Assembly: GCA_963767115.1 (NCBI GenBank)
Contig: CAVYCR010000003.1
Span: forward strand, 175,377 to 237,224
Length of the DNA stretch: 61,848 nucleotides
Origin: Candidatus Kaiserbacteria bacterium
Lineage (GTDB): Bacteria; Patescibacteriota; Minisyncoccia; Phycocordibacterales; UBA2100
Reading direction: 5' to 3'
The notes beneath the pieces were generated by a model. The model worked only from the letters and a program-made list of their open reading frames with translations. It searched no databases and was not told where the DNA came from. Shown piece by piece: positions 8,986-17,122 of this stretch; position 1 is the first letter of the stretch, and the number at the start of each line of letters is the position of its first letter. The position numbers were made by a program, and so were the translations under genes.

Positions 8986-10182
8986 TCACTTCTTGAGTTT
9001 TTCAACTCTCAATTTAAGATCCGAAAGTGCATTCATATACGCGATGTAGGCGTCGTAGGGTGATTCGTACGGCGAGAAATAGGAATGGACGTCGCCATCG
9101 TTGCTCCATTTGGTGCACATATAGTAGAAGTGGTCTGAGGTCTGCAGTCGGCGCCAGTCTTCAAGGATCTTGTGGTCGTTGGCCATGAGGACGTCGCTCT
9201 CGATGCCGTAGACTGCCTCGATCGCAGCGCGCTGCATGGGGTTCCCCGTCCAGGCCGTGAGGTCGCGGTCGGTGTCGGCCCAGGTGACGACGTGCGGCAT
9301 ATCGACTTCGCCTTTGGCGTCGTAGGCATGCGCGACTTCGCTCGGAGTCATGAACTTGATCCCCGGGTTCTTCCCGACTTCTTCAGGGAGCTTCTCGAGG
9401 AAATGAAAAATGCCGGTGTCTTCCCACTGATGCTCGCCGAAGGTCTCGTAGTCCATGAAGAGATTGACGGTGTCACCCTCGGCTTCGCCGAGCCAGCGGC
9501 CGAACTTCTCGGCGGTGAGCGGCCATTCGCCCCAGTCGCGCGAAGAAAAGCGGAACGCGACATCGTCGGAGAGCCGATAATTCTTGAGAAGGAGCTTCAC
9601 ATTGGAGGCTCCTGTCGGGCGATAGACGTAGTTGGGGCTGCGCCATCCAAGAATCGGATCCCAACCCTCGGCGAGTATCGCATCGTAGCCGTTCTTGTCA
9701 GCCCAATGAGCCAAATCATTTCTATATGAGAGTTCGGTGTTGCGAAAAGAGCGCGGCCATACGCCGAAAAGCCGACGGATCAGCTCGCGGTGCTTGCCAA
9801 CCTGGCGTTCAAACTCGGCCGGCGAATAGAAAAAAGAGAGCGAGTGATAATACGTCTCACCCAAGACTTCTGCTTGGCCTGTATCGATCACCTTGCGGAA
9901 AAGATCGATAGTCTCGGGACTGTAGCGCTCGAGCTGCTCAAGCGCGATGCCGGAGAAGGAATAGGAGACGCGCATCTGCGGATGCCGGCGCAGGAGCTCG
10001 AGGATGAGTGAAGTCGCGGGGATGTAGGATTTGCGCGCGACCTTCTCGAGGATGCGGCGGTTATTAAGGTCGGACTCGCTGCGGTCGTTGAAATATTCAG
10101 CGTCATTGCCAATGTCAAAAACGCGATACCGCTTCACGCGGTAGGGCTGATGGACTTGGAAATAGAAACACAAGGCTTTCAT
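8986..10182 (-). CDS. Glycoside hydrolase family 57 (alpha-amylase/branching-enzyme-like)
   Basis: N-terminal MKALCFYFQVHQPYRVKRY, FMDYETFGEHQWE, and about 400 aa are typical of GH57. Confidence 0.8.
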   Translation of the reverse strand: MKALCFYFQVHQPYRVKRYRVFDIGNDAEYFNDRSESDLNNRRILEKVARKSYIPATSLILELLRRHPQMRVSYSFSGIALEQLERYSPETIDLFRKVIDTGQAEVLGETYYHSLSFFYSPAEFERQVGKHRELIRRLFGVWPRSFRNTELSYRNDLAHWADKNGYDAILAEGWDPILGWRSPNYVYRPTGASNVKLLLKNYRLSDDVAFRFSSRDWGEWPLTAEKFGRWLGEAEGDTVNLFMDYETFGEHQWEDTGIFHFLEKLPEEVGKNPGIKFMTPSEVAHAYDAKGEVDMPHVVTWADTDRDLTAWTGNPMQRAAIEAVYGIESDVLMANDHKILEDWRRLQTSDHFYYMCTKWSNDGDVHSYFSPYESPYDAYIAYMNALSDLKLRVEKLKK

Positions 10183-10208
10183 AGTCGTTCTATTCTACTA
10201 CATTCTTA

Positions 10209-11429
10209 TCATGCATGAGCAACTTCTTTCAGTATCCCATCGACTTTCTGCGCGGCCTGTGCCCAGGTGATCATCTGCGCCTCAGTGAGCCCGTGCATGG
10301 AGAGCGTCTCGCGCAGGCCCGGGTAGCCGACGATAGAGAGGATTTGGTTGGCCATCTCGTCGACGTCCCAGAAGTCGGTCTTGAGGGCGTGCTGCACGAC
10401 CTCGGAGACGCCGGACTGCTTGGAGATAAGCACGGGCGTGCCGAGCCGCATCGCCTCGAGCGGCGTGATGCCGAACGGCTCGGAAACCGACGGCATCATA
10501 AAGAGGTCGGCGGCAGCATAGACCTCATGGCGCTCTTCGCCTTGGAGGAAGCCGGTGAAGAGCAGGTGGTCGCCGACGCCGAGCTTGGCTGCAAGCTCCA
10601 TCACGGAGCGTTCCATATCGCCGGAGCCCGAGAGCACGAACATCACCTTGGGGTTGCGCTCGATCACGCGCTTGGCCGCGCGAACGAAATAATCCGGACC
10701 TTTCTGGAGCGTGATACGCCCGAGGAAAAGTACGATCGAATACCCCTGCGCCTTGAGATGACGCAAGCGCGGCAGCATTACGCCGCCTTTGGGCGCGGTC
10801 GTGTCATCTATGCCGTTGTGCACTACACGCACCTTGCCCTCGGGAATCCCGTACTTGTTGACGATGATGTTCTTGGTGAGCTGCGAGACAGCGATCACCA
10901 CGTCGGCCGCTTCCATACCCTCTTTCTCGATCTCATACACGTCCTGGTTGATGCCGGAAGCATCGGCGCCGCCGCAACGATCGAACTCCGTCGCGTGCAC
11001 ATGCGCGATCAGGGGCTTCCCTGAGACGCGCTTGGCCTCGATACCCGCCAGAAATGAGAGCCAGTCGTGCGCATAGATCACGTCAAAATCTTCTTCCTGC
11101 GCAATTAGGCCTCCCATGCGACCATACCGCTGCACCTCGCCGAGAAGATCGTTGCCGTAGATGCCGTCGAGCGCGCGCCCGCGTCGATAGGTGCCGTCAG
11201 TCATGTATGCAGTGAGCGGCGAATTGACCGCGCGTACGCTCACCGCGCTGCTGTCAGCAAAGACGATGCGTGCCCAAGGACTTTTGATGTCGAGCTTCTT
11301 GGGCATGACGAACGTAATAGCGAGGTCGCGCTCGGAGAGCGCGCGAGTAAGGCCGAGGCATGCCACGCCCAATCCCCCGCTATTAAAAGGCGGGAACTCC
11401 CATCCAAACATAAGTATTCGCTGCTTCAT
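10209..11429 (-). CDS. GT4-type glycosyltransferase, glycogen/starch-synthase-like
   Basis: MKQRILMFGWEFPPFNSGGLGVA, YAHDWLS, HATEFDR, and SVSEPFGITPLEAM (E-x7-E region). The start is ambiguous (ATG 11429, 11459 or 11471). The listed extension to 11621 crosses a structured repeat. Confidence 0.8.
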   Translation of the reverse strand: MKQRILMFGWEFPPFNSGGLGVACLGLTRALSERDLAITFVMPKKLDIKSPWARIVFADSSAVSVRAVNSPLTAYMTDGTYRRGRALDGIYGNDLLGEVQRYGRMGGLIAQEEDFDVIYAHDWLSFLAGIEAKRVSGKPLIAHVHATEFDRCGGADASGINQDVYEIEKEGMEAADVVIAVSQLTKNIIVNKYGIPEGKVRVVHNGIDDTTAPKGGVMLPRLRHLKAQGYSIVLFLGRITLQKGPDYFVRAAKRVIERNPKVMFVLSGSGDMERSVMELAAKLGVGDHLLFTGFLQGEERHEVYAAADLFMMPSVSEPFGITPLEAMRLGTPVLISKQSGVSEVVQHALKTDFWDVDEMANQILSIVGYPGLRETLSMHGLTEAQMITWAQAAQKVDGILKEVAHA

Positions 11430-11520
11430 TGTGGAGAAATCGGAAAACCCCGAGGCCATTTTAGCATTCATTACAGGCCTTGTTTGGTAGAGACGGTGTA
11501 TAAGTCCGAGCTTATTCTGG

Positions 11521-11705
11521 TGTGCGTATTTTGCCGTCGCTCTCTGGGCGAGCACGCCCAGGGCTCGGACTCGGCGCCGCCGTTCCTTACAGGAACAGTA
11601 CACCTTTTGAGATAGTTTCATCGCAGGTTCGAAACTATCTCAAAAGGTCTTGCGGATGCTCATGCATTCGCATCCTCACCTGCGAAGACGGCAAAACACG
11701 CATAC
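11521..11705. repeat. 185-bp multi-hairpin element closed by an imperfect 17-bp inverted repeat
   Basis: Outer arms are GTGCGTATTTTGCCGTC (11521-11537) and GACGGCAAAACACGCAT (11686-11702). Inside are four stems: 11543-11560 (7 bp), 11581-11595 (5 bp), 11601-11647 (18 bp, perfect) and 11653-11674 (6 bp). It lies in a divergent intergenic region. Confidence 0.8.
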
Positions 11706-11731
11706 CCGAATAGGCTCTCTCGTGCGAGGTT

Positions 11732-12508
11732 ATGTGGTATCCTCCACTGATGAAATGTCCGAAAGCAGCGCTTTTTGACCTCGACGACACGCTTGCCGAG
11801 AGCTTCCAGCCACCGTCCCCTGAGATGATTGAGCGCCTTGGGAAGGTGCTCGCGCTGATGCCGGTGGCCATACTCTCGGCAGCAAGCTATGAGCGCATCC
11901 ATGACCAGATCGCCGCGGCGCTCCCGCCAGATGCCCATAGGGAGCGCTTCTATATCTTCCCCAATAGCTCCGCGCAATGCTTCGTCTATGCGGGAAGCGA
12001 CTGGCAACGCGCTTACGACTTCACTCTGACGAGCGAAGATCGCACGCTGATTACTCAAGCCATCGAAGACTCGATCAAGGAGACAGACATCATCGACCCT
12101 GCTTCGCCCTACCCATACCAGATCGTCGACCGCGGCGTGCAGGTCGCCTTCGCGGCGCTCGGCTTCGATGCGCCGCGCGAGGCGAAGGCCGTCTGGGATC
12201 CCCTCAAGGAGAAACGCAAGCGGCTCAAGACAGCCATCGAGCGGCGCATCCCGCAGTTTGACGTGCTGATCGGCGGCATGACCACGATCGACGTCACGCC
12301 CAAAGGCGTCGACAAAGCCTACGGCGTGTGCTGGCTCGCTGAGCATCTCTCTTTCAAGACAGGCGAGATGCTTTTTGTCGGCGATGCGCTCTACGAAGAC
12401 GGCAACGACTTCGTCGTCATCCCGACCGGCGTCAAGACGCGTTCTGTCCTCGGTCCCGCCGAGACCTTGACCGTGATCGACGAACTCCTCGCAAGCTGCA
12501 GCGCCTAA
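11732..12508 (+). CDS. HAD-superfamily hydrolase, subfamily IIB-like (sugar-phosphate phosphatase)
   Basis: ALFDLDDTLA (DxD motif I), IDVTPKGVDKAYG and LFVGDALYEDGNDF (motif IV). The start may be ATG 11750. Confidence 0.75.
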   Translation: MWYPPLMKCPKAALFDLDDTLAESFQPPSPEMIERLGKVLALMPVAILSAASYERIHDQIAAALPPDAHRERFYIFPNSSAQCFVYAGSDWQRAYDFTLTSEDRTLITQAIEDSIKETDIIDPASPYPYQIVDRGVQVAFAALGFDAPREAKAVWDPLKEKRKRLKTAIERRIPQFDVLIGGMTTIDVTPKGVDKAYGVCWLAEHLSFKTGEMLFVGDALYEDGNDFVVIPTGVKTRSVLGPAETLTVIDELLASCSA

Positions 12509-13038
12509 CGCGTCACACAGATCGCACTACTACTCGCGATCGCCGATTCTTTGCCTTCCGGCGCGCAGACAGTGATGCGACCGTTCGCATCCTGAGCGAT
12601 TGTATATTTCGTATCGTACGTCGTACATGCTGCGTTGCCCGCGTCGCAGGTATTGGTACCGTCGGTCGGATCATACGGTAATTCAGGCATATATGTCGGC
12701 ACGAGACACGGGCGAAGATTCGCTACTATACCGGAAATCTCAGTCGAAGTGGCCGATAAGACCGGGTATGCGGAGCACGTGAACAGACCTTTGTTGTCGG
12801 CGATATTTTGCCCGATCGCATCGAGTATCGCGTCGACATTGCTCGTGCGCTGGCTCTCGCGCGCCTCGGCGAATTGGCGCGCCGGGTTGATCGCAACGAT
12901 CACGATCGCCGCAAGTATCGCGATGATACCGATCACGATCAAGATTTCTATTAAGGTGAACCCCCGACCTCTTTGAAACTTCGCCCCTCGTCTCGCACGA
13001 GACGAGTGCGCTGACCTCTGTGTGGTAACGGACCCCAT
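12505..13038 (-). CDS. Type IV pilin / T2SS-G-like major pilin
   Basis: Prepilin leader ending ...RGRG followed by FTLIEILIVIGIIAILAAIVIVAINP. It is the last gene of the pilus operon. Confidence 0.85.
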   Translation of the reverse strand: MGSVTTQRSAHSSRARRGAKFQRGRGFTLIEILIVIGIIAILAAIVIVAINPARQFAEARESQRTSNVDAILDAIGQNIADNKGLFTCSAYPVLSATSTEISGIVANLRPCLVPTYMPELPYDPTDGTNTCDAGNAACTTYDTKYTIAQDANGRITVCAPEGKESAIASSSAICVTR

Positions 13039-13115
13039 AACGTTACATTATTTAACTGCTAATATTCGGATCGTATCATCAGCACATCGATCTCACCCAA
13101 GATATCCCCTTTTTC

Positions 13116-13140
13116 ATTGCAGAGGTCAGACCTCTGCAAT
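13116..13140. repeat. Palindrome ATTGCAGAGGTCAGACCTCTGCAAT (family copy 1)
   Basis: Perfect 12+1+12 palindrome between two pilin genes. Related copies lie at 18480, 18534 and 20552. Confidence 0.9.
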
Positions 13141-13161
13141 GAGAACTACTATTTATTACTA

Positions 13162-13563
13162 TCAGGGCGACTCGGTCCATGAAATGATTTTGATCTCCTG
13201 CGAGAGTGCGACAGTAGTACTGATCGACGCGAATGAGTCTTGTGATGATGCGGAAGCGACAATGGTCGCGTCGGGGAGCGCGTACGTCACACTTTCGATA
13301 ACACACTGGTGCGTCGCATCTATCGCGACAACTTGATCGCTGGGATGGTACGCGCCCAGACTCGATGATGCCGCAAGAGTATCAAGTGCGACGTACATAC
13401 ACGAGCGTGCAAGCGCGAGTGCCTGTTGCCGTTCCATATCTCCAAGCCCATCGAAGCGTGCATAGAAGCTCGCAAAAGAAACGCTCGCCATCAGAGCTAT
13501 GAGAATCGCCGATACGATGACCGCCGTCATAAGTGCTACGAAGCCCCGTTGTCTATACTTCAT
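13162..13563 (-). CDS. Pilin-like minor component (PilX/GspK-like N-terminus)
   Basis: MKYRQRGFVALMTAVIVSAILIAL hydrophobic N-terminal helix. Its ATGA overlaps the upstream gene. Confidence 0.6.
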   Translation of the reverse strand: MKYRQRGFVALMTAVIVSAILIALMASVSFASFYARFDGLGDMERQQALALARSCMYVALDTLAASSSLGAYHPSDQVVAIDATHQCVIESVTYALPDATIVASASSQDSFASISTTVALSQEIKIISWTESP

Positions 13564-14060
13564 AGGCCGTGATGTATGAGTACAAGTGCAAAGAAATTTC
13601 GCGCAAGCGCCTTACCTTCGGTGGTGGTTGATACGAGTGTGAAGGTTATCGAGACGGACTGAGGAGAGCTGTTGGTATATACAGTAGTGAAGGTGAGGTC
13701 GTCGACTGAGGTATTTGAATTATTAAGTGCCTCAGGCTGCGTATCTGTCGATTGGATTTCCATGTCCCCGTTTGCACTAAATACCTGCATCGATCCGCCA
13801 TCGATATTTGAGAGTACGAGGCGCGAGCTTGCTCCTGCAGAGTTTTGTACAGACGATGCTTGGTCGATCGACCATTCTATTTTATCGATGAGAAAATCCC
13901 CTTCTTCCTGCATCATGGCCGTAGCTTGATTATGTACACTTGATTCTTCTAGCGCATACACGCCACTCAAAGCTCCTGCAAAGATTATCGCGTATAAGCC
14001 AAGGTAGACGAGAACCTCGATCAGAGTAAATCCGCTTTCTCTGCGCCGCGTCATACTCAT
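13560..14060 (-). CDS. Prepilin-type N-terminal cleavage/methylation domain protein (minor pilin)
   Basis: RRESGFTLIEVLVYLGLYAIIFAG. Start set at ATG 14060, which forms an ATGA overlap with the stop of the upstream gene. Confidence 0.8.
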   Translation of the reverse strand: MSMTRRRESGFTLIEVLVYLGLYAIIFAGALSGVYALEESSVHNQATAMMQEEGDFLIDKIEWSIDQASSVQNSAGASSRLVLSNIDGGSMQVFSANGDMEIQSTDTQPEALNNSNTSVDDLTFTTVYTNSSPQSVSITFTLVSTTTEGKALARNFFALVLIHHGL

Positions 14061-15577
14061 GAGCCGGGGCCGATGATCGATACGGAGCCGTTGGAGCCTG
14101 CGTAGAAATAATTGCCTTCGCAATCGAGCACCGTGCCTGTCGCGGGAATAGTGGTCGCATTGGTATATGGGACGAGTGTCGTGGTGTTTGAAGCGTCGAG
14201 TATCTGCAGCTGCTGCGAGGTGGATGTGAGCGCAAAGAGGAGCGAATCGCGCGCGAATTCACCGACTACGCTCGAGCCCGCGACATATGCCGACACGAGC
14301 GACGGTACGGAGGGCTTCGAGACGTCGAGTGTGTAGATCTCGGGTGAGCCGGTCGCATAGGTAAGGCCGAGGTAGAGCTCTAAGCCGCGCTGATAGACGC
14401 TTTCGCCATCGCCCCATCCTGAAGCCGAGACCACGTTGTAGGAGCCGGCGAGTATCGGCGCGGAAGGGTTCGAAACGTCGAGGATCACGAGCTCGTCGCT
14501 TTTGCGGTCGGTGGCGAGATATGCGTACGAGCCGCGCACCGAGATAGCAGAGACGCCGGCGCCCACGGAATATCCTCCGGCCCACTGCGGATTGGTCGAA
14601 CTGCTGACATCGATAATGTCAAACTCGGGCCCTGTAGCGCTCTTGGTGAGGCCAAGATATACGTACCCCTTGCTGTACGCGATGCTCTTGCCGACGGCTT
14701 GCCCGGAAGAGCCGGTGACATATGGCGCGGTCGAGGTTGGCAGTTCGTAATTGAACGGCGCAGGCATAGACGCCGGGTTGGCAACACTGAGTATCTGGAG
14801 CTGCGCACAACTCGCTGAGCCGCTCTTGCAGGTGCGAAAATCGGCGGTATGCGGATTGGCGAGATAGGCATACTTGCCAGCAACTACAATAGCAGCCGTA
14901 CCATCAATAGAAGCAGTGTTGGTATCGATGCTGCCGAGATATCGCGCGCTAGGCGGATGCGTCACATCAAAGGTGAAGAAAGAATCGTTGGATTTGAGAC
15001 TCGTGCTCGCGTCACCGACATAGAGAATCCCGTGATAGGCGTCGAGCGCTACGACGGGGTTGGAGGAAGAAAAGCTATGTCCGATCGGTACCGTAAGCGG
15101 TAATAAGTCTCCGACGACGAACGTGTGCAATGTACTTATCGGCGTCTTCCAATTGCCATTCAAGGCAGTATCGCAAGTATCAAGCGTATTGGGATCTTCG
15201 TAATCGCTCACCAGCTCACTCAATGAGACCTCTCTCATGAGACCGAGCTCAGGCCACGAGGCATCTACTTCCACCTCTTTGGTCGCGTAGGGATCATTGG
15301 GCCAGTCTCGAATCGTCGCCGATGTCTCCACGATGCCGTCGCTCGTGGAAGCAATAGTATCGACTAGGCGGAAATCTTGCTGTGCGTTTGATTCTTCTCG
15401 CGATAGAAGTATTTGCGCTTGGGCGAGTGCATCCTCAGATGTTCTTGACTGACCGAGAAAAGACTGATCGCCAAACGAAACAAGTACTACCGAAGAGAGA
15501 GCGACAAGCATAATAGAAACCGCGATCAGGATTTCAACGAGCGAAAATCCCTTTTGACCTTTAAATGTACTTTGCAT
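14057..15577 (-). CDS. Prepilin N-terminus fused to an LVIVD-repeat beta-propeller-like domain (candidate pilus tip/adhesin)
   Basis: N-terminus is KGQKGFSLVEILIAVSIMLVAL. It is followed by at least 5 repeats of the YAYLA...LxILDVSNPSxP type, e.g. GSYAYLATDRKSDELVILDVSNPSAPILAGSY, GKYAYLANP...LQILSVANPASM and EIYTLDVSKPSVPSLVSAY. Confidence 0.75.
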   Translation of the reverse strand: MQSTFKGQKGFSLVEILIAVSIMLVALSSVVLVSFGDQSFLGQSRTSEDALAQAQILLSREESNAQQDFRLVDTIASTSDGIVETSATIRDWPNDPYATKEVEVDASWPELGLMREVSLSELVSDYEDPNTLDTCDTALNGNWKTPISTLHTFVVGDLLPLTVPIGHSFSSSNPVVALDAYHGILYVGDASTSLKSNDSFFTFDVTHPPSARYLGSIDTNTASIDGTAAIVVAGKYAYLANPHTADFRTCKSGSASCAQLQILSVANPASMPAPFNYELPTSTAPYVTGSSGQAVGKSIAYSKGYVYLGLTKSATGPEFDIIDVSSSTNPQWAGGYSVGAGVSAISVRGSYAYLATDRKSDELVILDVSNPSAPILAGSYNVVSASGWGDGESVYQRGLELYLGLTYATGSPEIYTLDVSKPSVPSLVSAYVAGSSVVGEFARDSLLFALTSTSQQLQILDASNTTTLVPYTNATTIPATGTVLDCEGNYFYAGSNGSVSIIGPGS

Positions 15578-15591
15578 ATCAATTATTGCTC

Positions 15592-16035
15592 CTATTTATT
15601 ACCCCAGGTGATCTGCCCCTGATCACTGATCGTGATTTTTGTATCAGCCAAGATAATACTGCCAGGATTCAGGTCATCGCCAGAAAATGGCTCAAAAACG
15701 ACTTCTGTAAGGCCGCTTGGCGGCTCGCGCGGATCAGCATCAAATACCTCGTCTTCAGTGGTCACGCGCGCATCGTAGCTTTCTCCTTCAAAGAAAATGT
15801 ACTGCCCGTTTTGTATCTTGACGCCGTGCGCCATCGCAGTGCTACAGGTGGCACCGTCGCACATGCCGTTCATCGCCTCGGCGCGCGCATGTTGCAGCAA
15901 GGCGACAAGAGTATCGCTGTCAGAACCGGATAGATATTGTTGATAGGAATCAAGGCCATCACAAAGCGCAATGCCGGCCAAAAGACTCGCGAGCGCGAGG
16001 ACGACGAGTATTTCGATGAGGGTAAACCCGCGCAT
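15592..16035 (-). CDS. Prepilin-type minor pilin (GspH/FimT-like size)
   Basis: MRGFTLIEILVVLALASLLAGIAL. Confidence 0.8.
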   Translation of the reverse strand: MRGFTLIEILVVLALASLLAGIALCDGLDSYQQYLSGSDSDTLVALLQHARAEAMNGMCDGATCSTAMAHGVKIQNGQYIFFEGESYDARVTTEDEVFDADPREPPSGLTEVVFEPFSGDDLNPGSIILADTKITISDQGQITWGNK

Positions 16036-16045
16036 ATGACTTGAT

Positions 16046-17122
16046 TCAATGCGGCGTGAGGTTCTGCGTGATGCCGTAGACCGGCGCGATGATCGATATC
16101 GCTATGAATCCGACGATGACACCCATCACGAGCATGAGGATCGGCTCGAGAAGTGTCGTGAGGTTGCGCGAGAGGTCGTTGATTTCTTCTTCGTACACCT
16201 CAGAGAGATAGCTAAAACTTACCGCAAGATTCCCCGTCTCTTCACCAGCGCGCAGCATCTGACCGTACAGCGGCGGGAAGAGTCCGCTCTTTTCCATCGC
16301 CGCTGAAATACGCTCACCGCGTGCGGCATACTGCGCCATCTCAAGAAGTACCCTGCGATACGCGAGATTGCCCATGCTCTCAGCGGTAATCTCGAGCGCG
16401 TGCACGATGCCGGTCTCGGTGCGCAGGAGTAGCCCGAGCGTTCTCGAAAGATTCGCAAGGTTGTAGGCGCGAGTGAGCGTCCCGAGCACCGGCAAACGCA
16501 AGACGAATGCATCGCGCACTGCAGCCACGCGTTCGATGCGCAACACAAAGACAGCAATGATACTGATGACAACGAGCGCCACCAAGAGAAGCAGTCCGTC
16601 ATGTAAGAGGAAATCAGAAAGTGCGATCAGGATACGCGTGGAGAGCGGGAGCTGGTGCTTGAAGCTCTTAAAGACCGGAAGGATCTTGGGGAAGATATAC
16701 GTGGTGAGCGCTGTCGATATCCCAAAAGTAGCGCATATGATGATCAGCGGATACAAGAGCGCGCCGATCATTTTCTTTTTGAGGGCCTGTTTTTTCTTGA
16801 GCTCATCGGCGAGGTATTCGAGGCTCTGTTGCAATGAACTTGAGCTCTCTCCTATCTTTACGATCGTTACGGGAAACGGGCCGAATACACCACAACTACT
16901 CAGTGCCACAGAGAGCGATTTGCCGTCTGCAATATCTCTGTGGAGACGCCGTACGATATATGAGCCCGAGCGCGAATTGGCGCCGGTGTCGAGCATCGAG
17001 AGCGCCGAGAGGAGCGGCACGCCGGAGCGCAGGATCATAGCGAGACGCTTCGCCAAGTGCGACTGCTCTTGCGCGCCGAAGTGCAGGAGACGCGGCTTCG
17101 TATGTGTCGGCGGTTCACTCAT
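16046..17122 (-). CDS. pilC: Type IV pilus platform protein PilC / GspF family
   Basis: Two GspF-like repeats (LAMILRSGVPLLSAL...; LGLLLRTETGIVHALEI...) and TM segments. ATG 17122 overlaps the pilB stop by 8 nt. The listed extension to 17263 lies inside pilB. Confidence 0.88.
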   Translation of the reverse strand: MSEPPTHTKPRLLHFGAQEQSHLAKRLAMILRSGVPLLSALSMLDTGANSRSGSYIVRRLHRDIADGKSLSVALSSCGVFGPFPVTIVKIGESSSSLQQSLEYLADELKKKQALKKKMIGALLYPLIIICATFGISTALTTYIFPKILPVFKSFKHQLPLSTRILIALSDFLLHDGLLLLVALVVISIIAVFVLRIERVAAVRDAFVLRLPVLGTLTRAYNLANLSRTLGLLLRTETGIVHALEITAESMGNLAYRRVLLEMAQYAARGERISAAMEKSGLFPPLYGQMLRAGEETGNLAVSFSYLSEVYEEEINDLSRNLTTLLEPILMLVMGVIVGFIAISIIAPVYGITQNLTPH

